64,000 bases of DNA from a virus. The stretch is taken from positions 1 to 64,000 of IMG/VR virus record IMGVR_UViG_3300045988_107526; one strand, 5' to 3'. Position 1 is the first letter of the stretch, and each line of letters opens with the position of its first letter. The translations under genes were made by a program, and so were the position numbers. The notes beneath the pieces were generated by a model. It did not search any database. It was given only the letters and a program-made list of their open reading frames with translations, and was not told the DNA's origin. Positions 26,123 through 36,766 of this stretch are shown in pieces.

Positions 26123-28156
26123 ATGTATAAGAAAATGGTAAAGGCAAGAATACTGACACTTAGCAAAGTGATGCCTCAACATAACAAGTATGACTCTGTT
26201 AAGGCTCGCAAGCGAAGACAAGAACACGGCAAGGACGAGGAGTTACTCAGCCGATGCAGAAATGCTTGGAATAACCTGAGCTGTGTGCGAGAAACGAGGG
26301 CGAGAACGATGCGCTACTGCATGGGCGACCAATGGAGCGACACCATCAGAGTATACCATCATGGCTACTGGGAAGAAATGACGGAGCGCACCTATATGGA
26401 AAGGCGCAACCAGACACCTATGAGCAACAACATCATGGTGAGCATTCTTGAATCTATTGCCGGTCTTTATGCCAAGCAGGGAACGGAACCGGTCTGCTTT
26501 GCAAGAGACAGCGACTCCCGACAACTGAGTGACATGATGAGTGCCACGATGCAATGCAACTGGCAGACAACGTACATGCAAGATGTGCTGAACCACGCTA
26601 TTAAGGACTATCTTATGGGCGGCCAGATGTTTGTCAGAGAGAGTTGGGAGGCGAAGGAACTTGAAATGCCCGACTCATGGACAGACGCGATGGAACCCGA
26701 CCACATGTTTTTTGAATGCGGAAGCGACCCACGACACAATGACGTGAGTCTTATCGGTGTTCTGCATGACGTGAGCCGAGAAGACTTGTATCAGAAGTTT
26801 GCCAAAAAGGAATATGGGCTTACGGAAGATGATCTGAATGCTATATTTGATATTTATCCTTCTGACGATAACAGCTACGGCTATGAGTTTAACGAAGAGA
26901 AGGCGTTGGAGAATCTCTGTTTCGACCATAGCAACAAGGGAAGACATTACTCTAGAGTGATTGAGGTGTGGACCACGGAGACCAAGCCAAGACTGCAATG
27001 CTTTGACCCTATTGCGACCACAGGAACCGGCGCTTACTTCCGCATAGACTTGGATGATACTGCGATGATACAGAAGCTGCGCAACGATAACATGAAGCGC
27101 AAGCAGCAGTATGACGAAATGGGTATAGCGGAAGAAGACAGAGCTTATATTACAAGCGAGGAGATTGCCGATAAGTACTGGTACTATACTTATATGGCAC
27201 CAGACGGAACTATCCTCTGTCAGGGAGAAACACCATACGACTATAAAAGCCATCCATTTACAATGAAGCTCTATCCGTATATCAACGGAGAGATTCATCC
27301 ATTCCTTGCCAACATCATAGACCAGCAGCGATACATCAACCGACTGATTGTGATGAACGACATGGCTATCAGAAGCAGTTTCAAGGGATTCAAGATGATT
27401 CCTACAAATGTGCTTAATGGAAGAACGCCAGAGCAGTTTATGGAAGAGGCGGTAGAGTATGACGGATGGATATTCTACAAGCCATCGGTGAAGACGCCGA
27501 ATGCGAAGCCGGAGATTATTACATCGAATGCCGTGAACATCGGTACGAATGAACTGTTGCAGATAGAGCTGAACCTGATTAGAGAGGTTACCAACGTGAG
27601 CGGAGCTTTGCAGGGTAAGACCCCATCGGCAGGAACATCGGCAGCCAGATACGCACAGGAAAGCCAGAATGCAACTACGTCTCTGTATACCATCCTTGCC
27701 GACATGGACGTGTTTACGGAGAAACTGGCAACCAAGAAGTGCATGACTATCCAACAGTACTACGAAGACGGAAGAAAAGTTTACGACCGGAACTTCAACA
27801 CGGTTTACAAATACGACCGCCTTTCGGCAAGAGATATTCACTTCAAGATCAGCATCAAGAATGCAGCAGCTACGGCAGCATTCAATACGATGCAAAATGA
27901 TACGCTTGACAAGCTTCTTGAAATGGGCGGTATCAACATCATCCAGTATCTGCAGAACCTCAACGCACCATTTGCAGACAAGTTGCTTGCCAGCGTACAG
28001 GAGCAGCAGGCTCAGCTCGAACAGATGTATCAGCAGCAACAGGCAATGGCTATGCAGCAAGGTGGCGGTCAAGTAGAGAACGGAATTGTGCAGGGTGCAG
28101 ACCAGAATGCGGTAGCACAGGCACAGAGTGCATTAGGATATAACAGAGCAGCATAA
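26123..28156 (+). CDS. Putative portal protein
   Basis: 677-aa ORF. N-terminal KARKRRQ...NAWNNL...RYCMGDQWSD pattern and a Q-rich C-terminal tail. It is the first gene of the unit that contains TerL. The start could instead be 26135 or 26171. Confidence 0.5.
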   Translation: MYKKMVKARILTLSKVMPQHNKYDSVKARKRRQEHGKDEELLSRCRNAWNNLSCVRETRARTMRYCMGDQWSDTIRVYHHGYWEEMTERTYMERRNQTPMSNNIMVSILESIAGLYAKQGTEPVCFARDSDSRQLSDMMSATMQCNWQTTYMQDVLNHAIKDYLMGGQMFVRESWEAKELEMPDSWTDAMEPDHMFFECGSDPRHNDVSLIGVLHDVSREDLYQKFAKKEYGLTEDDLNAIFDIYPSDDNSYGYEFNEEKALENLCFDHSNKGRHYSRVIEVWTTETKPRLQCFDPIATTGTGAYFRIDLDDTAMIQKLRNDNMKRKQQYDEMGIAEEDRAYITSEEIADKYWYYTYMAPDGTILCQGETPYDYKSHPFTMKLYPYINGEIHPFLANIIDQQRYINRLIVMNDMAIRSSFKGFKMIPTNVLNGRTPEQFMEEAVEYDGWIFYKPSVKTPNAKPEIITSNAVNIGTNELLQIELNLIREVTNVSGALQGKTPSAGTSAARYAQESQNATTSLYTILADMDVFTEKLATKKCMTIQQYYEDGRKVYDRNFNTVYKYDRLSARDIHFKISIKNAAATAAFNTMQNDTLDKLLEMGGINIIQYLQNLNAPFADKLLASVQEQQAQLEQMYQQQQAMAMQQGGGQVENGIVQGADQNAVAQAQSALGYNRAA

Positions 28157-28159
28157 GGT

Positions 28160-28681
28160 ATGGCAGAAGAAACAAAATTAGTAACAATCAGCATGGAGTC
28201 CATCGAAGGTGATGTGACGAAGCAGGTTTCAGTTATTGCAAAGAGGCTGAAAGACAAGGATGGTGTTTCTCTGTTTGGAAGCACAACCCTATCATCTGTA
28301 GAGAAAATGGTGATAAGGCAATACATCGAATCAGCGGTTCGAAGTTTTGCCGGCGAAATGGCACCAGTAGTAAAAACCTATCTGGACTCTTCACTTCCTG
28401 CATCAGTAACTTTCAATGTGACCCGACTGAACGAAGGACATAAGAATGCTTTCGAAAGTTGCTTTATGGGATATGTAAGGGCGTACACAGCCTACATGGT
28501 GCTAACTTTGAGCAGTACAGAGCAAGCAAAAGTGTACTCAGAAGAAATGAATATGCACTTGAAGGCAGCAATACGGCTTGTATTCGACAAGATGCCACCT
28601 CATACATCAGTAAAGACATTGAAAGACATGACTGGTTCCATAGAGAACGAGCCACAGTTAGAAACCATTAAACAAGGATAA
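28160..28681 (+). CDS. Hypothetical head-module protein
   Basis: 173-aa ORF 3 nt after the portal stop. Confidence 0.6.
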   Translation: MAEETKLVTISMESIEGDVTKQVSVIAKRLKDKDGVSLFGSTTLSSVEKMVIRQYIESAVRSFAGEMAPVVKTYLDSSLPASVTFNVTRLNEGHKNAFESCFMGYVRAYTAYMVLTLSSTEQAKVYSEEMNMHLKAAIRLVFDKMPPHTSVKTLKDMTGSIENEPQLETIKQG

Positions 28682-28684
28682 GCT

Positions 28685-29476
28685 ATGATCATAAAATTTC
28701 AAATTATCAAATCGGTAGTGATTGAGGCAGTAAAGTCGACAACCTACCTGAAAGCAAAGATAGACAGTTCTACTGACGAAAGAAACATCAAAACTGGTTT
28801 TCAAGAGGCAGCAGGTGACGATGAGGTACATGAAAGAACGCTAACGCACGACTTTCAGACAGCCTTAGAAATGACAAAGACCATTCTTGCAGAATATATC
28901 GTTCCTACTGCACAAACAGTAGGAGATAACATCATCTACTACAACGACAAAGATGATGATATAGTAGAATTTGTTCTGAACGCCTCACGAAGATGCAACG
29001 GAACGCTGACCGATACTCTGGCACGACTGGTGGCAAAATACGTTGAGGACTACATGATTTATCAGTGGTGGTTGAAGACTACCAATCTGAAACAGGCAGA
29101 GCCATATCAGGCTACACTTGCACTGGACGAGCAGAGCATCAGAAGATGTTTCGTATTGAGTGGTCCGTCAGTTCCTACTGTTCCTTACACACAACATCTG
29201 ACCGCCAAGGTGGACGGAAGCGAAGAGGACGGAGAAGTAACCATACGTATTGACGATATGGAAGTTACCCTATCCTACTCTATTGACGAAGGAACCATTG
29301 ATGATATTGAGGCAAGAAGCAGCAACCCTAGTATACTGGAAGTACACAGAAGTCAGGAGCCACATGCTTTCTGGCTGAAACCTATCAATACAGGTGTAGC
29401 AATCATCACTCTGTTCTCCAGACACAGCGACAAGCTGAAAGTGGAAGTAGAAGCAACCGTAGCAAAGGAGGTATAA
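28685..29476 (+). CDS. Hypothetical protein with a possible C-terminal Ig-like (Big_2-like) domain
   Basis: 263-aa ORF. C-terminus is SNPSILEVHRSQEPHAFWLKPINTGVAIITLFSRHSDKLKVEVEATV. Confidence 0.55.
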   Translation: MIIKFQIIKSVVIEAVKSTTYLKAKIDSSTDERNIKTGFQEAAGDDEVHERTLTHDFQTALEMTKTILAEYIVPTAQTVGDNIIYYNDKDDDIVEFVLNASRRCNGTLTDTLARLVAKYVEDYMIYQWWLKTTNLKQAEPYQATLALDEQSIRRCFVLSGPSVPTVPYTQHLTAKVDGSEEDGEVTIRIDDMEVTLSYSIDEGTIDDIEARSSNPSILEVHRSQEPHAFWLKPINTGVAIITLFSRHSDKLKVEVEATVAKEV

Positions 29477-29477
29477 G

Positions 29478-30086
29478 ATGGAGTTTAACAAATTACACCC
29501 AACACATTTTATCCGAGAGAGAGGATGGAAGCCCGAGCCAAATCCTTTCTTGCCGAAGCCTCGAAGAGCAGGGCACGGCTATTGGGATAAACACATCTTT
29601 ATCTATGCCACCCAACTCTGGTATGATATAGATGCAAACACCAACATGGTAGGACGAGCAAGACGGAACATGAAGGACGCGCAAGGCGAAGATATTCCGA
29701 CAAGCGAGAACGATCAGGAACGTCCGCTCTTCTACCGATGGTTTGAAAAGTATATTAATAAGGTGGAAGCGAATCTGTCTGCCTATGTAATGAAACCAGA
29801 AGGAAGGGTAAGAGATAATGCCCTGAGAGAATGGGATGAGAAGGAGATATGGCTGAAATTTCCCGACTACTGGGATGATACCAAATATGATGCACTCGTC
29901 AAGCTGATACACGACTATATCGTGACCGGTGCGCTATACGAATACTTTATGCGCACTTTAACGAGCAAGGACCCTCTGACAATAGACCAGTTGAACCAAC
30001 TGGACGAACTGGAGATAGACATCATAGACTGCGCCAACTCAACCAAGCCGGGCAGCATGATTCACACGTTGAAACCCTTCGGATAA
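29478..30086 (+). CDS. Hypothetical protein
   Basis: 202-aa ORF, tightly spaced in the operon. Confidence 0.6.
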   Translation: MEFNKLHPTHFIRERGWKPEPNPFLPKPRRAGHGYWDKHIFIYATQLWYDIDANTNMVGRARRNMKDAQGEDIPTSENDQERPLFYRWFEKYINKVEANLSAYVMKPEGRVRDNALREWDEKEIWLKFPDYWDDTKYDALVKLIHDYIVTGALYEYFMRTLTSKDPLTIDQLNQLDELEIDIIDCANSTKPGSMIHTLKPFG

Positions 30087-30101
30087 TAAAACAGCGAGCG
30101 T

Positions 30102-30515
30102 ATGGAAGATTTTGAAATGGATGGATTTAAGTCTGTAAGGGAGATACAGAAAGAGAAGAAGGAGAAGGTAAAGAAACTTCTCCCTGCAAGAAAGAGTGCC
30201 CAAAAGGAATATATACGTGACTGGCTGGCAAGGAGCCAAGAGCAGTTTGAGGATTGTATGAACCAACTGGCAGAGTATGATCCTAAGACGTACGTCACCA
30301 TCTACAAAGACCTTACCAAGCACATGATACCAAAGCAGACAGAAGTAAGCGTTACCCACGGAATAGATGCAGACTTCAAGCAGCTTATGGCACTCGGTAT
30401 GACAACCGTAGAGGACGAAGACGAGGCAGACGTACTGGATATAAGCAAAGCACCCGAGATACAGGATGCAGATTTTGAGGAACTAAACGATTCAACGGAT
30501 GGCTCTAGTAACTGA
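30102..30515 (+). CDS. Hypothetical protein, possible small terminase subunit
   Basis: 137-aa ORF overlapping the TerL start by 17 nt. The call is by position only. Confidence 0.35.
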   Translation: MEDFEMDGFKSVREIQKEKKEKVKKLLPARKSAQKEYIRDWLARSQEQFEDCMNQLAEYDPKTYVTIYKDLTKHMIPKQTEVSVTHGIDADFKQLMALGMTTVEDEDEADVLDISKAPEIQDADFEELNDSTDGSSN

Positions 30516-32616
30516 ACAGGAAATAGATAATCTCGTAGCGGAAAATCAGGAGCGATACGATGAGATTTATGGCACCTACGACCCTATGACAGGAGAAGGT
30601 TGCTATAACTTTGAACATCGTGTGCTGATAGAACTATCCGATTTCTTCATTCCTAAGATGTGGGTTCCGAAGAAGACCGCCAAATCTGTTCTGTTCAGAG
30701 GTCTGAGAAAGATGGGCAGCCTAAAAGACTACATCAACTATGTGGCGCACCAGAAGGATGATGCCCAGCATTTCCAAATGCTTACCTTTGCCATCTGTAG
30801 GGTGAGGTTCATGGAAGACCCAGAGTTTGCCCTATTCGTGACCGATAAGATTGAGGATAAGAAGACCGGTAAGATGATTCCTTTCAAGCTGAACTATCCT
30901 CAAAGAAAGCTACTGAAGATTATGGAGGACCTGCGGAATGCCCACAAACCGGTGTTCGTGGTTATTCTGAAAGCACGTCAGTGGGGCGGCTCTACCCTAT
31001 CACAGCTTTACATCAAATGGATTCAGGACTATAGGCGCGATGGTTGGAATGCTATTGTGCTTGCCCAACAGAAGAATACTGCCAAGAAGATTAAGGCGAT
31101 GTACCGAAAAGCTTTGGAGCGTCAGCCGGGGTGGACCGTGGGGCATCCGGGCGCAAAACTCCAGTTCTCGCCATACGAAAATTCTCCTGACGATTTCCAA
31201 GTAACGGATGGTGTGAAGGCAATCAGACGAAGTACGCTGACGGTAGCATCCTTCGAGAACTTCGATTCTGTGCGTGGTAGCAACTTCCACTGTGCTCACT
31301 ATTCGGAGGTAGCCTATTGGAAGAAGACACCAGAGCATGATCCTGAGGGTGTGATTTCTTCTATATCCGGTGGTATCGACCCATTGGAAGACAACGTGGA
31401 GATATTCGAGAGTACCGGTAGAGGTAACTCTGGTTTCTTCTACGACAAGTGCCAGTTGGCAATGGACCCAAAGAATAATGATGCTTATTCGTTCCTCTTT
31501 ATTCCTTGTTTCTTCATCGAAAAGGATATGACTCCTGTAGAGAACAGAAGGGCATTTGCTAAGTGGCTTTTGCAGAACAGAGACCGAAGCACCTGTCCGA
31601 AGGGCTATCGTGAGACAGGAAAGTTCTTCTGGCGAATGTGGCAGAAGGGTGCTTGTTTTGAGGCGATAGAATGGTACAGAAACTACAGAAACAAGTTTAC
31701 CACACATGCGGCATGTGCTACCGAGGCTCCTATTGATGAGGAAGATGCGTTCAGAAACTCAGGTAGACTGGTATTCAATCCTTATTCTATAGACGACATG
31801 CAGGCTATGTATAAGCAAGACCCTAAGTTTACTGCCGACATCGTGGTGAACATCAGCGTGAAGGATGATAACACCATTCCGAACTCGAAGGTGAAACTGA
31901 GAGACGATGGCGATGGAGACTTGAAGATTTGGGCTGTTCCAAACTGCCTGCAAGTGGAGAACAGATATTTGGTGAGCGTGGACATTGGAGGTAAGAGTAC
32001 TACATCTGACTATACCGTTATGACCGTGATAGACCGATTCGGTATGATTCCTACGGTGAAGGGTAAACCAAAGGTGGTAGCGAGATACAGGGGACATGTT
32101 AGACATGATAAGCTGGCATGGATGGCTGCTGCCCTAGCCCATTATTATGATGATGCGCTGCTGGTAATAGAGAGTAATACGGCAGACCGAGAGAAGAACA
32201 ATAACACGGAGGGTGATCACTTTCTGACTATTCTGCAGGAGATAGCCGACTACTACGATAATCTGTATCAGAGAACGAGCAGTTCGGAGAATGTGGAAGA
32301 CAACGTACTGGCGAAATATGGTTTCCAAACCAACAAGCTGACGAAGCAACAGGTGATTGATAACTTGGAAGAGTTTATTGATGATAACCTGTATGAGGAG
32401 CCAGACAAGGAAATGTATCATGAGTTGCGCATCTATGAGCGACATGATGATGGAAGCTTGGGTAATATCGTGGGTAACGGAAACCATGATGATGTGGTAA
32501 TGAGTACCGGCATCGGTCTCTTTGTGAGTCTTACGGACATGGATAAGCCTAGCTGGAAGAAAGCGGAAAGAAGAAGCCGTGGTGGTGATGGTGTTCATAC
32601 GGCGGCGAAAATTTAG
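30499..32616 (+). CDS. terL: Terminase large subunit
   Basis: 705 aa. Walker-A-like VVILKARQWGGSTLSQ typical of TerL. C-terminal RNaseH-like nuclease signature LVSVDIGGKSTTSDYTVMTVIDR ... HDDVVMS. Confidence 0.85.
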   Translation: MALVTEQEIDNLVAENQERYDEIYGTYDPMTGEGCYNFEHRVLIELSDFFIPKMWVPKKTAKSVLFRGLRKMGSLKDYINYVAHQKDDAQHFQMLTFAICRVRFMEDPEFALFVTDKIEDKKTGKMIPFKLNYPQRKLLKIMEDLRNAHKPVFVVILKARQWGGSTLSQLYIKWIQDYRRDGWNAIVLAQQKNTAKKIKAMYRKALERQPGWTVGHPGAKLQFSPYENSPDDFQVTDGVKAIRRSTLTVASFENFDSVRGSNFHCAHYSEVAYWKKTPEHDPEGVISSISGGIDPLEDNVEIFESTGRGNSGFFYDKCQLAMDPKNNDAYSFLFIPCFFIEKDMTPVENRRAFAKWLLQNRDRSTCPKGYRETGKFFWRMWQKGACFEAIEWYRNYRNKFTTHAACATEAPIDEEDAFRNSGRLVFNPYSIDDMQAMYKQDPKFTADIVVNISVKDDNTIPNSKVKLRDDGDGDLKIWAVPNCLQVENRYLVSVDIGGKSTTSDYTVMTVIDRFGMIPTVKGKPKVVARYRGHVRHDKLAWMAAALAHYYDDALLVIESNTADREKNNNTEGDHFLTILQEIADYYDNLYQRTSSSENVEDNVLAKYGFQTNKLTKQQVIDNLEEFIDDNLYEEPDKEMYHELRIYERHDDGSLGNIVGNGNHDDVVMSTGIGLFVSLTDMDKPSWKKAERRSRGGDGVHTAAKI

Positions 32617-32654
32617 GGGAGTGTTGAATGTTGAATGTTAAATGTTGAATTATT

Positions 32655-35402
32655 ATGGAAAGAAACTTAGAAAGACAAACTTTGAGCTTTAGCAAGGGCA
32701 TGACGAATGTTCCTAGCGACTTGCTTTCAGATGATTCTGAACTGCTAGAGAGTGACGGATTTATCTTTAAGGATGGAGAAATGAAGGCGGTGCAGAATCC
32801 TGTAAAGATTGGTGAGATTGCGGGGCAGAATATCATGTACGTTCACAAGATGGCAGACTATGAGAATATCATTGCTTATGATGGTACGGAAAACATATAC
32901 TGGTATACCAAAAATGATAGTGGAAATATCGTAAGCCCACCCGATGGAGTAACGAAAAGTTTCAATGTAGGAACCGTTTATGATGTAAAAAGTATAGGTA
33001 ATACTTTGGTTTGCGCCACCAGCGAAGGTCTTCACTATTTGCTTTTCAAAGGAAACAAATACAAGAATCTGGGTAAAGATTTGCCTCGTTTAGATTACGA
33101 TTTTACTTTTGAACGACCAACAGGTAACTACAGACAGGAAGAAAGCGGAAGAACTTTATGTAATGCCGAGAATGCTGTTGAGACAAAAAAAGGAGAGAGC
33201 TATTTCAACCCCTTAAACCATAAGTTTATTCAGGCTGGCGGCGTAAAACCAGATGGTAGTGAAACCGATTCATATACAATGTTCAGCGTAAAGATATCAA
33301 CAGACTCAAAATATGAGAATGAGTTTCAAGAAACCATCCAGGGGCATGTAGCGCAAGCCATAAACTGGGTTAAGAGCAAGAACATGTTTGCCTTCCCATT
33401 TTTTCTAAGATGCGCTTTCCGTATGTTTGATGGCTCATACTGCAGAATAACCACGCCTATAATCTGCTATCCTACAGTGAATAAAAACTGCATGTTCAGT
33501 GCTGCTTTTTTTGACGATATATTCAAAACATATTATGATCTCCATGGGATGGATAGTGCACAAAGTATGTTCTACTTTATTGAATACAGAGAGCTACTGT
33601 TTCGGTTTGAGTCAATATCAAGTGACTGGAGTGATATAATCAAGGAGATTGTGGTTTTTGCGTCAGACCAAGTTGTGCCATTCTATATAGATAAAGGTTG
33701 GCATTTTGAAAGCCCGAATGGTATACATAATAAGTATGCTTATGCCAATTTCGGTTATAAAACTTACGATGAAAAGCTCTTTAATTACGACGTGGATGGC
33801 TTTACGGGTACATACAACTCATATACCAGATCGGTACATGACGAGCTTCTTCCGAAATACAAGAGTGATAATCAGATTATATCCGAATTACTCTCAAAAA
33901 CAGTTTTTTACAAATTATTCACAGTTCCAATAAGTGGCGGTTATATTGGTGGTAGCAATTATCATTACACCGTTACCGGCAAGGGTGGAGAACCGGCATT
34001 TATCAGTGATGGGACATTGGAGAACCTTCTGGAGCAGGAGCAACTGAATGTGGATGATTACTACGGATGGGCATCTTTGAGTGCAGAATCTATATACAAT
34101 TATAATGGCAGACTGAATCTTATTGGAACAACACGAACTCCTTTTGCAGGTTTCGCCAAATTTGTAGGAAAAGACAGGTTTGAGGATGACGCATTTCTTA
34201 TGTTTACGCACATCGTTTCAGATAAATGTGATACATGGGTTGAAAGAAGTGTTACTGCAGATAAAGATTTTCTGCAAGGATGGCTGTTTTACCCAGACCC
34301 GAATGCTACGGAGGTTATTTTTCACCATGCAGGGAAATATATCAGAATTAATCTAAATGCACATCCTAGATTAAATGGCGCTTATACGTTTCCTGTACTT
34401 CCACCAAATAAGCCGCAGAAGTTTACAGAAATCAGTGAAAGCGAATTGCTAAAGATTGTAACAAGCGTAAATGATAAAGAAGATTTGAATTCTCAGATTT
34501 TCACTTCTGTAGTCAACAACCCATTTGTATTTGAGGCATCTGGAGATAATACGGTTGGAACAGGAAAGATACTCGGAATTATTGCCAACACAGAGGCGGT
34601 AAGTCAAGGTCAGTTTGGTCAATATCCATTGATGGTATTTACGGACGAAGGTATCTACGGCTTGTCGGTTAACTCAGAAGGTCTCTATAGCAGAGCCTAT
34701 CCAATATCAAGAGAGGTATGTAATGAGGATTCTCCACTGGTGCCGACGGACAGGCTTGTGTTCTTTGCTTCAAAGAAAGGACTGATGGCGGCAATCGGTG
34801 GAAGCGTAGCCTGTATGAGCGAGCAGATGAGAGGAAGAGTACCGAGGAACTTTGCGACCTTCGGTGAAGGCAAATTCATGGATTTTCTGAAAGGATGCCT
34901 TATCGCCTACGATTACAGAGACTCCATATTGAGAATATTCAGCAAGGGGAAATCATACCAATACATATATAATATGGTGGATAAGACCTTCTCAATGGTG
35001 AATAGCGGCATAGAGGCACAGGCTGTAGTGAATGATTATCCGGATAATCTGATACAAGATACTAACGGAAACGTCTATTCACTTACGTCAAAGCCGGACA
35101 TCAACGAAGATACAGAAAGCTATAGCGGCTCATTTACTACCAGACCTTTAAAGCTTGGCGGCAGCATGACGTTGAAATCGCTGAGAGCGGTGAAGCATCT
35201 GTTTGATTCGGACGAAGGTACGGTAGGACTGGAGATATACGGAAGCAACGACTGCAAGCACTGGTGCAAGCTGCCAAGCTTGGCTGGTAAGCCTTGGAAG
35301 TACTTTACTTTTAAGTATACGCTGCAGAACTTCAAGGCTGCTGATGCCTTTGCTGGGAGTATAGTGGAGGTACAAAGCAGACGAGAAGACAAAATGAGAT
35401 AA
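32655..35402 (+). CDS. Large hypothetical virion-module protein
   Basis: 915-aa ORF following TerL. No motif recognised. Confidence 0.65.
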   Translation: MERNLERQTLSFSKGMTNVPSDLLSDDSELLESDGFIFKDGEMKAVQNPVKIGEIAGQNIMYVHKMADYENIIAYDGTENIYWYTKNDSGNIVSPPDGVTKSFNVGTVYDVKSIGNTLVCATSEGLHYLLFKGNKYKNLGKDLPRLDYDFTFERPTGNYRQEESGRTLCNAENAVETKKGESYFNPLNHKFIQAGGVKPDGSETDSYTMFSVKISTDSKYENEFQETIQGHVAQAINWVKSKNMFAFPFFLRCAFRMFDGSYCRITTPIICYPTVNKNCMFSAAFFDDIFKTYYDLHGMDSAQSMFYFIEYRELLFRFESISSDWSDIIKEIVVFASDQVVPFYIDKGWHFESPNGIHNKYAYANFGYKTYDEKLFNYDVDGFTGTYNSYTRSVHDELLPKYKSDNQIISELLSKTVFYKLFTVPISGGYIGGSNYHYTVTGKGGEPAFISDGTLENLLEQEQLNVDDYYGWASLSAESIYNYNGRLNLIGTTRTPFAGFAKFVGKDRFEDDAFLMFTHIVSDKCDTWVERSVTADKDFLQGWLFYPDPNATEVIFHHAGKYIRINLNAHPRLNGAYTFPVLPPNKPQKFTEISESELLKIVTSVNDKEDLNSQIFTSVVNNPFVFEASGDNTVGTGKILGIIANTEAVSQGQFGQYPLMVFTDEGIYGLSVNSEGLYSRAYPISREVCNEDSPLVPTDRLVFFASKKGLMAAIGGSVACMSEQMRGRVPRNFATFGEGKFMDFLKGCLIAYDYRDSILRIFSKGKSYQYIYNMVDKTFSMVNSGIEAQAVVNDYPDNLIQDTNGNVYSLTSKPDINEDTESYSGSFTTRPLKLGGSMTLKSLRAVKHLFDSDEGTVGLEIYGSNDCKHWCKLPSLAGKPWKYFTFKYTLQNFKAADAFAGSIVEVQSRREDKMR

Positions 35403-35434
35403 TTCTTTCATACGCGCTAATTTATGATAACATG

Positions 35435-35470
35435 AAAAAGGCGGCTGCTCATCACGAGTGGTCGCCTTTA
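35435..35470. terminator. Bidirectional terminator between convergent genes
   Basis: AAGGCG...CGCCTT stem flanked by AAAAA on the left and TTTAAAA on the right. The minus-strand reading is followed by TTTTT. Confidence 0.55.
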
Positions 35471-35520
35471 AAATGAGTTACGAAAAACATTTCGAAAACA
35501 TGATTCTCTTTATATGTGTA

Positions 35521-36003
35521 TTATCTGTTTTTGATATTATTTATGAAATACGATACGATGTAGCCTAATACGAAGCAGTAAAAATGCAGGAGTCCGTTGA
35601 CATTCGGCACGGCCATGGTGCAAATAATGAACGGCATCGCTTTCTTTAATGCCTCTTTCCATCGTCCTGTCCTACCCCACATTGAACCAAAGGATGCAAA
35701 TAAGAAACCGGAAAGCCCCATTGTAGGCTGACTAACATACATGGGCAGCAGACTAGCGACAGAGGCAACAGCCAGAGAAGTGACTGGTTTCATATCGTTC
35801 TTTATCTGCCAAAGCACCAGAAGGTTTACGGCAAGATGAAATCCGTTGACATGGAAGAAGCTATACAGGATATGGTTCTGCCAAGGACAACCAGGATAGA
35901 AACCGACGTGGCAAGTACACAGAACGAGGCAGATGATGCTAAGCACCAGCTTTGTTCGAAAGTTTCTTCTTACGAATGTCCATTTCTCTGTAATTTTTTC
36001 CAT
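35521..36003 (-). CDS. Rhomboid-like intramembrane serine protease (compact, about 160 aa, 6 predicted TM)
   Basis: NGFHLAVNLL (H-x3-N), MGLSGFLFASFG (GxSG) and GLLHFYCFVLG (H-x7-G), in the order and TM context of the rhomboid catalytic motifs. The start is taken at MEKITEKW (36003) because the longer track ORF overlaps the upstream gene. Confidence 0.55.
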   Translation of the reverse strand: MEKITEKWTFVRRNFRTKLVLSIICLVLCTCHVGFYPGCPWQNHILYSFFHVNGFHLAVNLLVLWQIKNDMKPVTSLAVASVASLLPMYVSQPTMGLSGFLFASFGSMWGRTGRWKEALKKAMPFIICTMAVPNVNGLLHFYCFVLGYIVSYFINNIKNR

Positions 36004-36394
36004 ACTTCTTATAGTAAGCGAAAATAAACTTGAGATTACTCGGCTGGATAAAGAACTCTGGTGCAGGCTCAGAAACAAGGAACTGGCAGATAAACCATAA
36101 AGATTTTCCCACAAACTCCTTTCGCTGCGTCATTTCGTTCATCCTGTTGAACAGCGTATAGTACAACTTCTGCCGAATCGGCTTCATGCTATCCACCTTT
36201 GAGAAATCGCCGACTGCCATTCTGCGGAGTATATCCCAAGCTCTTTTGGGAGAAACGTAGTATCTAGGAGCAGGAGAATGGACTACCTTTTCCCAAGCCT
36301 CCTGTTGGGAATGGCAATTAGGAGCTATCTCCCGATACGCCTTCATCAGATCATCCCTCTGTCTGTCAATCAATTCGTAATTTGCTCTTGCCAT
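35939..36394 (-). CDS. Hypothetical protein
   Basis: 151-aa ORF, the first gene of a short leftward unit. Confidence 0.55.
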   Translation of the reverse strand: MARANYELIDRQRDDLMKAYREIAPNCHSQQEAWEKVVHSPAPRYYVSPKRAWDILRRMAVGDFSKVDSMKPIRQKLYYTLFNRMNEMTQRKEFVGKSLWFICQFLVSEPAPEFFIQPSNLKFIFAYYKKYGKNYREMDIRKKKLSNKAGA

Positions 36395-36517
36395 ATAAAT
36401 GCTGCATTAAGATGTTGCAAATATACATATTATTTAGAATATAACCAAATAAGCGCATAAAGATTTAAATAAGTTTAATATTAGACTGGTTTTCATGGTG
36501 TTACGAAAGAAAAAGTT

Positions 36518-36525
36518 TAATTTTG
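36518..36525 (+). promoter_or_regulatory. -7 box TAATTTTG
   Basis: Matches TAnnTTTG, about 70 nt upstream of the ATG at 36596. Confidence 0.45.
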
Positions 36526-36595
36526 CAACGAAATAATATATATATACTAATAACTGTTAGTAAAAGGTGAAATCAAACTTAAATTCGTAACAAAA

Positions 36596-36766
36596 ATGAG
36601 AACAAAACAGGAATCGCCTCTCTCGGAAGAGGAGGAAGCATTAGTTATGGAAGGATTATTGAGTAGGAAGATTTGGAGGTTCTATGAACTTCTATCGAAG
36701 TGGGCACCCATCCCATTGATGCTAGGCCACTGGTACGGCGTATGGGACTATGGGCATTATCCCTAG
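36596..36766 (+). CDS. Small hypothetical protein (56 aa, below the track cut-off)
   Basis: Translated codon by codon: MRTKQESPLSEEEEALVMEGLLSRKIWRFYELLSKWAPIPLMLGHWYGVWDYGHYP, stop TAG at 36764-36766. Confidence 0.3.
   Translation: MRTKQESPLSEEEEALVMEGLLSRKIWRFYELLSKWAPIPLMLGHWYGVWDYGHYP

Noticed and set aside
26675-28072. A 465-aa ORF antisense to the portal gene, and a 235-aa ORF (31000-31707) antisense to TerL.
   Set aside because: They lie entirely inside well-supported genes, their translations are Cys/Leu/His-rich junk, and the sense frames carry recognisable motifs.
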